DNA of 64,000 bases from an uncultured Actinomycetes bacterium (GTDB lineage: Bacteria; Actinomycetota; Thermoleophilia; Gaiellales; Gaiellaceae): contig CAVXVO010000004.1 of NCBI GenBank assembly GCA_963765295.1, positions 349,059-413,058 of the forward strand, written 5' to 3'. This document shows, one piece after another, positions 46,010 to 54,392 of the stretch; the stretch's first letter is position 1, and each line of letters begins with the position of its first letter. The notes under the pieces are model-generated. The model had not been told where the DNA came from, did no database searches, and worked only from the letters and a program-made list of their open reading frames with translations. A program made the translations under genes and the position numbers.

Positions 46010-47638
46010 TTGTGGTCAGACGGGTCGCGTGTGACCAGCGAGCGGGCGCCAGGTGCAGCCGCGTGGCTGGTGGCGGCGTTCGGCTGGCTGGAGCGGCTGG
46101 CCGGTAGCTGGCGAGGGGCAGTTGCGCTGTTTGCTGTCGCGCTTGCTGATTTCGTTGTGCAGGCGGTCGCGTGGCCGTTGATCGCCGGGAAGAACCTCGA
46201 TCAGTATCTGCTGACGTACGTTCAGTTGTTCGATCGGCACCCGTTGTTGCCGTGGGCGCCGCTGTTTCGCGGCCCGGGAGCAGGCGTCGTGATCGGGCCG
46301 TTGCTCAGCCTCGACCGCGGCGGGTTGGCGGAGCCGGTGGCGGCGGTGCTGTTCGCGGTGTCGATCGTCGCCTGGAGCGGCGCGGCCCTGTGGTTCGGAC
46401 GCCGTGCCGCGATCCTGACCGCGTTCGCGCTGCTCTTGTATCCGGGGTACGGCGGTCTGTTTCACGAGTTCGCGAGCGAGATCGTGATGGCGACCGTGTT
46501 CTCCCTGTGGGCGCTCGCGGTCACGAGAGCGGCGATGCGGCCGTCCGTCGCCCGGTTCGCGCTCGCCGGGCTCGGGATCGCCGGGCTCGTGCTGATCCGG
46601 CCGGGCAACGCCGTCCTCGTGCCGTTCGCTCTGTTCCCGCTTCTACTCGCCGGACAGCGGAGACGGCGGCTGACGTGGGCCGCTGCGTTCGCGGCCGCGG
46701 CTTGCCTGCCCCTGGCCGCCTGGACGCTTCAGAACGGCTGGCGCTACGGCGACTACACGCTCGCCCGAGGGGGAAACGCTGTCATCCCCTTCTACCGCAC
46801 CTTCGTGCTCGACAAGACCGTCTCACCCGCCAACGGCCCCGCCTCACGCCGACTCGCCGCAGCCATCCAGCAACACCTACTCACACACAACCCCTACAAG
46901 GCGAACCACGTCACCCTGCAACAAGTGCTCGCGTCCGGTAGCAGCCGTGTCCACGAAGACCTGTACGTCCTTTCCGACCAGGTCTTCGGCTGGAACAGCG
47001 CCTACTCAACCCTCCGCGACGCAGGCTGGGAAGCGATCAAGGCACACCCGGGCACCTACGCCTCCAGCGTCGCCGACACGGTCTGGCAGCAACTCTCAAG
47101 CCCCGTCTACTCCACCCGCTCCCAGCACACACCCACGACTCCCACCGGCAACGATGGCCGCGTCCCCGCACCGAGCAAAGGCGAGTTGATCCCAGTCGGG
47201 CAGACGGCCTGGATATCCCGACCCGATCAGAGCATCCGCGAACTCTGGACATCCCCGACCACCCACGAGTTCGTCTTCCTCAAACCCGGCCAGAAACCAC
47301 GCTTCAACCAGATCACCCACGACCTCACGACACTCGCCGGCAACTTCCCCCACCGCGCCGGAAGCACCGAAGTCCAGCATCGGTTGAACCAGATCGCCCA
47401 TCGCTACCCGCCACCGATCTTCTGGCTCCTAGTCGGGCTGGCTGCCCTCCTGATTCGACGCCCGCTCGGAACAAAGACCGTCGCCATGCTTACGACCGCC
47501 GCCCTGACGGTGATCGCCTTCAACGCACTCGCCCAGACCGCGGAGCCGAGGTACATGCTCCCCGTCGCACCCGCCTTCATCCTCCTCGCAGCCGCCGCAC
47601 TCCTCGGCCACACGCGACCGTCTGATCCGACAGACTGA
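46010..47638 (+). CDS. GT-C fold membrane glycosyltransferase (GT39/ArnT-PMT-like)
   Basis: 542 aa with about 9 N-terminal TM helices, a large soluble loop or domain, and a C-terminal TM helix. The family is assigned by architecture only, and the start is uncertain. Confidence 0.55.
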   Translation: MWSDGSRVTSERAPGAAAWLVAAFGWLERLAGSWRGAVALFAVALADFVVQAVAWPLIAGKNLDQYLLTYVQLFDRHPLLPWAPLFRGPGAGVVIGPLLSLDRGGLAEPVAAVLFAVSIVAWSGAALWFGRRAAILTAFALLLYPGYGGLFHEFASEIVMATVFSLWALAVTRAAMRPSVARFALAGLGIAGLVLIRPGNAVLVPFALFPLLLAGQRRRRLTWAAAFAAAACLPLAAWTLQNGWRYGDYTLARGGNAVIPFYRTFVLDKTVSPANGPASRRLAAAIQQHLLTHNPYKANHVTLQQVLASGSSRVHEDLYVLSDQVFGWNSAYSTLRDAGWEAIKAHPGTYASSVADTVWQQLSSPVYSTRSQHTPTTPTGNDGRVPAPSKGELIPVGQTAWISRPDQSIRELWTSPTTHEFVFLKPGQKPRFNQITHDLTTLAGNFPHRAGSTEVQHRLNQIAHRYPPPIFWLLVGLAALLIRRPLGTKTVAMLTTAALTVIAFNALAQTAEPRYMLPVAPAFILLAAAALLGHTRPSDPTD

Positions 47639-47676
47639 CCACATGTCCACGACCGCGGCGCGAAGCGGCCGCGAAC

Positions 47677-48771
47677 ATGAAGGGCCCTGACCGGCTCTGG
47701 GCAGGCGAACACGACGAGCGCCACTGGCGATGGGCGCCGCTCGGCGTCGGCACGTTGGCGTTCGCCCTCGGGCTAGTCAGCCTCACAGGTCAGCGACGCT
47801 CCTACGACGAGCGAATCACGATCGAGACCTCGGCCCGCTCGGTAAGCGGTATCTGGCACGCGGCACGGACGACCGAGGCACCGCACCTCGTCTACTACCT
47901 ACTGATGAAGCCCTGGCTCGCTGCCTTCGGGTCGAGCGACTGGGTTGCACGCTTCCCCTCCATCGTATTCGGGGCACTAGCAGCGACGCTGCTGACGGCA
48001 CTCGGTATCCGCCTGTTCGGAGGCCTCGCCGGTCTGGTTGCCGGGGCGGCCTTGGCGACAGCCCCGTACGTGATGCACTTCTCGCAATGGGCGCGCGGCT
48101 ACTCGCTGGCGCTCCTCCTGACCGTGCTCGCCAGCTACGCCTACGCACGCGCCCACGACGACCCACGGGGACGATGGGTGGCGCTCTGGGCGGTCGCGCT
48201 CGTCGCCGCCTGCTGGGTCAACCTGTTCGCGATCTCCGTCCTCGCCGCACAGGTGACCGCTTACCTGGTCATGCGGCCGCGCCCACGGCCCCGTCTCGCC
48301 ACTGCCGCCCTCCTCGCAGTCAGCGCGGCCGTGACACCGATCATCATCCTCGTCGCGACCGCAGACAACGGCCAACTCAACTGGATTCCCACACCCACCA
48401 TCCACCGCGTCGCCGTACAAACCTGGGACTGGTCGAGCCGAAACCCCGTCGCGCTCGTGGCGGCAGCGATCGGCGTCGTCGCACTGCTGGTCGGAACCCG
48501 GCGCCCCCCGCGCTGGAAAGCACTCCTCGTCATCGGCTGGACGATCGCTCCCTTCCTGCTCACCCTCGCCCTGTCGATCGTGCAACCCGCCTTCGACTCC
48601 CACTACCTCCTAACCGCAGCCGCCGGACTCGCACTCCTCATCGGAGCAGGCATCGCCGCCCTCCCACAACGGGCATCCCTGATCCTGCTCGCCCTCGTCG
48701 CCGCAGGCGCCGGACTGCAACTCGCCCACTACTACATCGCACCCGGACGCCCCTTCACATCGCTGTTCTGA
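47677..48771 (+). CDS. GT-C fold membrane glycosyl/mannosyltransferase (GT39/PMT_2-like)
   Basis: 364 aa. YDERITIETS...APHLVYYLLMKPWLAAFGSSDWVARFPSIVFGALA matches the conserved first-loop pattern of PMT_2-type transferases. The protein is polytopic. Confidence 0.65.
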   Translation: MKGPDRLWAGEHDERHWRWAPLGVGTLAFALGLVSLTGQRRSYDERITIETSARSVSGIWHAARTTEAPHLVYYLLMKPWLAAFGSSDWVARFPSIVFGALAATLLTALGIRLFGGLAGLVAGAALATAPYVMHFSQWARGYSLALLLTVLASYAYARAHDDPRGRWVALWAVALVAACWVNLFAISVLAAQVTAYLVMRPRPRPRLATAALLAVSAAVTPIIILVATADNGQLNWIPTPTIHRVAVQTWDWSSRNPVALVAAAIGVVALLVGTRRPPRWKALLVIGWTIAPFLLTLALSIVQPAFDSHYLLTAAAGLALLIGAGIAALPQRASLILLALVAAGAGLQLAHYYIAPGRPFTSLF

Positions 48772-49149
48772 CCCGCAGCATCGAGTTGGCTTAGCCGTTC
48801 TCCTTGCGGTCGCGGTGGGAGGCGCGCCAGAAGAACCAGCCGACAACGCCGAGAATCACCAGCGGGACGACGATCGAGGCGACGATGATCCCCGCCGTCG
48901 CGGCCGCCTCGGACACCCTGAAGACCAGCACCGAACAGGGAGGTTATGCTCGACCCGTGGGCCCGGGCTTGCGGCTTGACGAGATTTCGCTGCTGCACGG
49001 CGTGCTGCCCTGGAAGATCGACGCGACACGACCGAGGATCGTGAATCGTCCCAGAGTCGCGCTCGCCCTCGTGGCGAATCATGTTGGCCGCGGCCGCGTC
49101 ACGGTGCAAATCCTGAAGCCGACACATCCGACCGCGGCAGCGACTGTTG

Positions 49150-50061
49150 CTAGAGCTTCGTCGCCCAGTACTCAGTGGGCTGTTCGAGATCGATGCAATA
49201 GAGGGTCTGCTCCTCCCCGAGCGTGATGCCGGGGAAGCGCACCGGCCAGCAGAGGTCGCGGAAGACATGGAACGTGACGAGGACTCCGTCGCCGTCCGTC
49301 CTCGCGCGGAGGAGGTGCGTGGGTTCGACGATCCTGGTGCCGTGTCGGTTCGCGGCGCAGTACGCATCGGCGGGTTCGGTTTCGCCTTTCATCGCCGCCT
49401 GGAGCGCCTCACGCACGGGGTCGAGCGCGACCTCGTAGACGTTGTCGCCGAGGCAGAGCGCGAGGTACAGGTAGGCGATGCCGACCGGAACGTGGAGCGG
49501 GGTGATCGGGTCGGTGAGGGCCGGTGCGAACTTCGCGTCAGTCCAGTCGATCTGCCACTGGATGCGGTAGCCGGGTCGGACGTCGATCCAGTCACCGGGC
49601 TCGGCCCTCTCGAAGCGGGCCAGGAGGTCTGCCTTCTGCTCGTCGGATGCGCCCATCCGGTCTAGCTCGGCGAGCGCCTGCTTGATCGTGTTCTCGTCGC
49701 TCTTGATTCTCGCCGACTCCTTTGGCCGTAGCTCCGCCCGGTCGTCCATCCCCGCCTCGACTCGGCCGTACTCCTGGTGGTCGGTGAAGTAGCTCTGCTG
49801 GTAGCGAACACTGGTCACAATGCCTCGCGGGAGTCGGTCTTCGAGCTTGTCCACGAGCAGGCGCACCGAGATGTCTCGTGCGAGCAGCCCCTCCGAGGCG
49901 CCCATGTCGCTGTTGCACCGCTTGCAGACGTTGAACGCCGAGAGCCTGCCGCCGATCGACTGCGGAATGACGTGTCCGTCGGTGCGCTGTGTCATCGGCT
50001 CGCCGTCCTCGGGCGTTCCGAGGCAGACAACGCAGCGCGTGTCGAGCCAGGGCACCTTCAC
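49150..50061 (-). CDS. HNH-endonuclease-motif protein with about 230-aa uncharacterised C-terminal domain
   Basis: I chose GTG at 50061. CVVCLG...DGHVIPQSIGG...NVCKRCNSDMG gives a CxxC...H...N...CxxC HNH-type zinc-finger layout. It is the last gene before DR2. Confidence 0.6.
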   Translation of the reverse strand: MKVPWLDTRCVVCLGTPEDGEPMTQRTDGHVIPQSIGGRLSAFNVCKRCNSDMGASEGLLARDISVRLLVDKLEDRLPRGIVTSVRYQQSYFTDHQEYGRVEAGMDDRAELRPKESARIKSDENTIKQALAELDRMGASDEQKADLLARFERAEPGDWIDVRPGYRIQWQIDWTDAKFAPALTDPITPLHVPVGIAYLYLALCLGDNVYEVALDPVREALQAAMKGETEPADAYCAANRHGTRIVEPTHLLRARTDGDGVLVTFHVFRDLCWPVRFPGITLGEEQTLYCIDLEQPTEYWATKL

Positions 50062-50136
50062 GGCACCGAGAGTACGGAACCGATCAGAACCGGCGGCGGC
50101 GACCGAGCGACAGCTACACGACTCGGCTGTTCGCCG

Positions 50137-50158
50137 TGTCAGCGCGATGTCAGCACGG
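50137..50158 (+). repeat. arm-type-site-like motif, right copy (TGTCAGCGCgATGTCAGCAcGG)
   Basis: It lies 101 bp inside DR2, in the same orientation as the left copy at 38903-38924. Confidence 0.6.
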
Positions 50159-50258
50159 ACGCGTCTTGCGCCGTCCATACCCGTCGCTCGGAAGCGCCAG
50201 GATTCGAGAATCCACGGTGGCCGCGGGACGTCGTGTCCAGCCGTGTCGCAGCACTGTT

Positions 50259-50307
50259 CGGCCTGTCACGCCGGAGGTCGCGGGTTCGAGTCCCGTCGCT
50301 CCCGTCC
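50259..50307 (+). repeat. direct repeat copy 2 (attR of island A / attL of island B)
   Basis: 49/49 identical to 38773-38821. It is followed by its own terminator hairpin AAGACGCTG-gaaa-CAGCGTCTT plus TTTCTTT (50311-50339). Confidence 0.95.
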
Positions 50308-50457
50308 CGAAAGACGCTGGAAACAGCGTCTTTTCTTTGCTTCCAGGCGCCGCGTCCTTCACGCGGATCCGCCAGGGAGGCGCCGCCGTGGAACCACGTG
50401 GAGCGCCTTCCGGGCAGAGCGACCGATCCGTCCCAACGTCCTATCACCGTCGCCGGA

Positions 50458-50961
50458 TCAGACGTTCCCCGGCTCCTGCTCGCTGCGGGCTCGCGCGATG
50501 ATCGCGGTCGTCGAGAGGGGGTTGCCGGCAGCGTCGGCGCTCGTGTACGGAACCGTGGCGAAGATCCCGAGCCGGACCGCCGCGCCGTAGTAGTGGGCGA
50601 TCTCGTTCTCCTCGAAATCGTCGCCGTGGACGACGAGGTCGAGCTCGTGCTGCTCGATGAAAGGGTCGTCGACGATCAGCGGGCAATCGGGCACGACGAG
50701 GTCGACGTACCTGCAGGCGCCGACCACGGCCACCCGTTCGGCGAGCGGGACGATGGGACGCCGCTTGTACGCGGCCGCCGCGTCGTCGCCGAGCAGCCCG
50801 ACGAGCAGCCGCACGTGCGAATCGGCCTCCTCGAGCGGGACGCCGTCTCGGTCGGCAGCGCGTTCGCAGGCCAGCACGCGCACCTGGCGGAGGAAGTTGA
50901 CGTGGCCGCCGTGGAAGAGGTCACCGACCATGTCCGCGTACGCGTTGAAAGCCCGGGTCAC
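50458..50961 (-). CDS. PCYT-like cytidylyltransferase (choline/ethanolamine-phosphate cytidylyltransferase-type, CTP_transf_like)
   Basis: 167 aa with the HxGH motif (DLFHGGHVNF), an RYVD motif (ACRYVDLVV) and a C-terminal ...STTAIIARA motif. These are as in CCT/ECT-type enzymes rather than TagD. Confidence 0.75.
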   Translation of the reverse strand: MTRAFNAYADMVGDLFHGGHVNFLRQVRVLACERAADRDGVPLEEADSHVRLLVGLLGDDAAAAYKRRPIVPLAERVAVVGACRYVDLVVPDCPLIVDDPFIEQHELDLVVHGDDFEENEIAHYYGAAVRLGIFATVPYTSADAAGNPLSTTAIIARARSEQEPGNV

Positions 50962-50963
50962 GG

Positions 50964-51719
50964 TTGTATAGTCGCCCGGATCGTGCCCAGCTGCCGGCGG
51001 ACCGTCGCACGGTGACCACCTCGCCCTGGGACGATGTCTGGCAGAGGCGGACGTTCGACTACTCCCGTGGCTCGCTCCTGTCGGCGCTGATGGCGGCGGA
51101 CGGATTCGGCACGGGGTTCGGCAAGGTCGACGAAGAGAACTGGGCCGGCTATGTCCGGACTATCGCCGGGCGGCTGCGCATCGCGCCGGGCTCGAGCGTC
51201 CTCGAGGTCGGCTGCGGAGCCGGCGCCTTCCTCTATGAGCTCTACCGACAGGGGTGCACCGTCTCGGGGATCGACCGGTCGCCCAAATTGATCGAGTACG
51301 CGCGGCAGGCAATGCCGGAGGGGCGCTTCGACGTCGCCGACGCCTCCGAGCTCGACCCGGGCGAGCCGGTCGACGCCGTCGTGTCGTTCGGCGTCTTCCT
51401 CTACTTCCCCTCGCTGGCCTACGCTCGCCGTGTCCTTGAGCGCATGGCCGTCTCCGCACGGCACGTCGTCGCTGTCCTCGACCTGCCGGATCGCGCCAGG
51501 CGGGCCGAGGACCTGGCCCGCCGTCAGGAGCTCGCCGGTGGCGCCGAGGCCTACGAAGAGTTCTACCGCGGGCTCACGCATCTCTACTTCGACCGGACCT
51601 GGTTCACCCGGACGCTCGACCGGTGCGGCCTGGCCGACGTGGAGGTCGCCGACCAGGAGCTCGTCGGCTACTCGCACGCCCCGTTCCGGTTCAACGCCTG
51701 GGGTTTCGCCCGAGACTGA
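50964..51719 (+). CDS. class I SAM-dependent methyltransferase
   Basis: It has motif I VLEVGCGAGAF and motif II DAVVSFGVFLYF. The start is either TTG at 50964 or, more plausibly, GTG at 51012. Confidence 0.8.
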   Translation: MYSRPDRAQLPADRRTVTTSPWDDVWQRRTFDYSRGSLLSALMAADGFGTGFGKVDEENWAGYVRTIAGRLRIAPGSSVLEVGCGAGAFLYELYRQGCTVSGIDRSPKLIEYARQAMPEGRFDVADASELDPGEPVDAVVSFGVFLYFPSLAYARRVLERMAVSARHVVAVLDLPDRARRAEDLARRQELAGGAEAYEEFYRGLTHLYFDRTWFTRTLDRCGLADVEVADQELVGYSHAPFRFNAWGFARD

Positions 51720-53096
51720 TCAGGTCTGGGCGATCGCCTGCACGACCGGCTCGGGCGGGAGCAGCTCGCTGCCTCTCTTCACCGAGATCCAGAACAGCAC
51801 TCGGTCCTCGTCCCCCTGGTTCGCAACGCCCCGGTGGATCGTTCCGAAGTCCATCTTCAGGATGCTGAACGGCGGCCCCAGCAACTGCCGAACGCTGACC
51901 CAGTCCCCCTCGCGCGCAAGCAGGCGGAGATCGACGGCGTCGAGGTCCTTGGTCGCGCGACGGTAGACCTCCTCGGAGGTGCGGAGCGGGAGAATCGCGT
52001 ACTGCAGCGCGTTCTCCGGCCGCAACTCGGTGAGGGGGATGAAGATCGTGCCGTAGTCCATCGTGTAGTCGACGTGCCAGTCCTGCGCCGTCGATCCGAC
52101 CGGATTGACGATCAGGCCGTAGCCGTCGAGGTGGACGCCCGGGCCGTAGTGCCGGGCCATCTGACGAGCCCAGGCGTCGAGCTCCTCCCCACGCTCCACC
52201 GGAAGCCTGTCACCGTCGCCCGACCGCTGCCAGATGTTGACCCAGAACACCGCCTGCCGCGCCATGCTCCCGCTCCACTCGTCGGCCATCAGCCGCTCCA
52301 CATCGCGCCAGGCGCCGGCCAGGAGCTCCTGCTGGGGGACGGCCACCGTTCCCAGGTGCGTCATGCCCGCCGGTGAGTCGTCGTAGGGCACCGGCGTGCG
52401 AGGCGCCTCGCGCCATTCCTCGAGGATGAACGCGACGTACGCGAGCTCGCACCACGCGTACAGGACGGCCGGCGCCAGCAATCCCCACTCGAGGACGTGG
52501 AGGATCGTCGTGACGGACCCGGGCTGCCCCGACCAGGCCAGGTCGACACACCAGGCGAGCGCGACGACCGGGTAGGCGAGCCACAGAAACGAGCCGAACG
52601 CCGTGTACGACCCGCCCGGCATGCACCACTGGAGGATCACGCGGAAACCGCGCTGCGGCCCCAGCCGCGGGTACCGCCCGGTCGCGGTCGTGGCGAAGTC
52701 GAAGACGCAGGCGACGAGCTCGATCGTTGTGACGGCCAGGATCAGCGGCGCCCAGGTGGGCGAGAGCCTGACGAACCAGGACAGGATGACGACGTAGGCC
52801 AGGACGTCGGCCAGCCAGTCCACGCCCGAGCCGAACACCGTGCACTCGCGATACGCGCGGGCCACGGGGCCGTCGACCCAGTCGAGCAGGATCGAGGCCA
52901 GCAGCAGCCCCGCCGTCAGCAGCGGATGTGCGGTGGTGATCGTGGCGCCTGCCGCCAGGCAGAGAGCGACCCGCGCGTAACCGATCAGGTTCGACCGGTA
53001 GTACCGGATCTCCGCGAAGCGGGTGGACGGGCCGCCCGGCGCAGGCGACGGCACCCACTCGCCGCCTTCGAAGATCAGCACTCCCGCCGGGCGCAC
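51720..53096 (-). CDS. CDP-alcohol phosphatidyltransferase fused to a C-terminal HxD...H (PhyH/2OG-oxygenase-like) domain
   Basis: 458 aa. The complete CDP-OH signature DWVDGPVARAYRECTVFGSGVDWLAD (D-x2-DG-x2-AR-x8-G-x3-D-x3-D) lies in a 6-TM N-terminal half. The C-terminal about 220 aa are soluble, with WHVDY ... GTIHRGVAN. Confidence 0.7.
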   Translation of the reverse strand: MRPAGVLIFEGGEWVPSPAPGGPSTRFAEIRYYRSNLIGYARVALCLAAGATITTAHPLLTAGLLLASILLDWVDGPVARAYRECTVFGSGVDWLADVLAYVVILSWFVRLSPTWAPLILAVTTIELVACVFDFATTATGRYPRLGPQRGFRVILQWCMPGGSYTAFGSFLWLAYPVVALAWCVDLAWSGQPGSVTTILHVLEWGLLAPAVLYAWCELAYVAFILEEWREAPRTPVPYDDSPAGMTHLGTVAVPQQELLAGAWRDVERLMADEWSGSMARQAVFWVNIWQRSGDGDRLPVERGEELDAWARQMARHYGPGVHLDGYGLIVNPVGSTAQDWHVDYTMDYGTIFIPLTELRPENALQYAILPLRTSEEVYRRATKDLDAVDLRLLAREGDWVSVRQLLGPPFSILKMDFGTIHRGVANQGDEDRVLFWISVKRGSELLPPEPVVQAIAQT

Positions 53097-53128
53097 GTCG
53101 CGACTATAAGGCTGCCAGGCTCGACGCG

Positions 53129-54373
53129 GTGCGTCAGTATCCCCCGATGCACCCGCGCGAACGTAGGTCGACCAGGCGGCGGTTCGTGGTCGCGTCGGCC
53201 GGTGCGATCGCCGCGCTGCGAGCCGGCCTATCGGTCGCCGCAGCCGCAGGCGTGCCGCTCGGACCCGGCGGCATCCCGCTCGCTAGGCGCGATCATCCCG
53301 TGACGCTGCCGATCTACCCGGACAACGAGCCGATCGACTCCGTCAAGAGCCCAGAGCGGGGGCCGCTCCAGGTCTTCACCTGGAGCGCCTACATCAACCC
53401 GACCGTCGTGAAGGCGTTCGAGAAGCAGTACAAGGTCGGAGTCACCGTCACGAGCTTCGAGAACGAGGAGGAGGCGCTCGCGAAGCTGTCGAGTGGGGCC
53501 GTGCACTTCGACGTCTGGTTCGGGACCGTGCAGTACCTCGGCAAGTCCGTCGCAGGCAAGCTGATCCAGCCTCTCAACCATCACTACCTGCCGAACCTGC
53601 GCGCGAACATCTGGCCGTCGCTCGTCAGCCCCTACTACGACGTCGGCTCCCGCTACACCATCCCGTACGTCGTCTACACGACGGGCATCTCGTGGCGACG
53701 CGACAAGGTCAGGGCCCCGACGACCTTCGCGAACCCTTACGACATTCTCTGGGGGACGCCTAGGAGCGCGGGCAAGGTCGCCGTGATCGACGATCTGCGG
53801 GAGGCACTCGGGATGACGCTGCTTCGGCGTCACGTCGCAAACGTGAACACGGAGAGCCCCGCTCTCGTCGGACGGGCCGGCGCCGATCTCTCCGAGCTGA
53901 CGAAGCGTCTGAACGTCAAGGTCAACCAGACCGACTACCAGGACATCCCCTCGGGAGCGACCTGGATCGCCCAGGCCTACTCGGGAGACATGGCGACCTC
54001 CGCGTACTACATGCCGAAGGGCGTGCCGGTGAGCGTGGTCGGCTTCTGGCGGCCGCAGCGGGGCGGGATGATCGGCAACGACGTGATCACGGTGCTGCGC
54101 GGCTCGAAGCGGCCGGTCCTGGCACACCACTTCCTGAACTTCCTGCTCGACCGAGGTCACGCGCTCGAGAACTTCGGCTTCCTCGGCTACGTGCCGCCGC
54201 AGAAGAGCCTCGACCCCGCGTCGCTGATCGCGAAGGGGTACGTGCCGAAGAACCTGGCGTCCACGATCGTCCGGGAGGAGGAGTTCCGGCACGACCACAC
54301 GCTGCTGCCGCTGACGACGGCCGGCGAGATTCTCTGGCAGAACGCCTGGTCGAAGTTCAAGGCCGGCGGCTAG
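53129..54373 (+). CDS. PotD/PotF-family ABC substrate-binding protein with Tat-type signal
   Basis: 414 aa with a twin-arginine leader (RRSTRRRFVVASAGAIAAL). Family-typical motifs are VFTWSAYINP and YVVYTTGISWRRDKV. The ligand cannot be inferred. Confidence 0.8.
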   Translation: MRQYPPMHPRERRSTRRRFVVASAGAIAALRAGLSVAAAAGVPLGPGGIPLARRDHPVTLPIYPDNEPIDSVKSPERGPLQVFTWSAYINPTVVKAFEKQYKVGVTVTSFENEEEALAKLSSGAVHFDVWFGTVQYLGKSVAGKLIQPLNHHYLPNLRANIWPSLVSPYYDVGSRYTIPYVVYTTGISWRRDKVRAPTTFANPYDILWGTPRSAGKVAVIDDLREALGMTLLRRHVANVNTESPALVGRAGADLSELTKRLNVKVNQTDYQDIPSGATWIAQAYSGDMATSAYYMPKGVPVSVVGFWRPQRGGMIGNDVITVLRGSKRPVLAHHFLNFLLDRGHALENFGFLGYVPPQKSLDPASLIAKGYVPKNLASTIVREEEFRHDHTLLPLTTAGEILWQNAWSKFKAGG

Positions 54374-54392
54374 GCGCGGAACCGAGGAGCGG

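Larger units (their letters stand above)
38773..50307. mobile_element. integrative element (island A, about 11.4 kb) in tRNA-Asp
   Basis: It is bounded by 49-bp perfect direct repeats, with a tyrosine integrase adjacent to the intact tRNA. It carries a xis-like HTH and a rep-like gene. A shared 22-bp motif sits just inside both ends. The sequence is visibly less GC-rich than its flanks. Confidence 0.8.

Noticed and set aside
50200-50258. A fuller degenerate tRNA-Asp 5' half upstream of DR2 (which would indicate a duplicated whole tRNA)
   Set aside because: Only scattered matches to the D-arm region are visible. Identity starts abruptly at 50259, consistent with an att core boundary rather than a decayed second tRNA.
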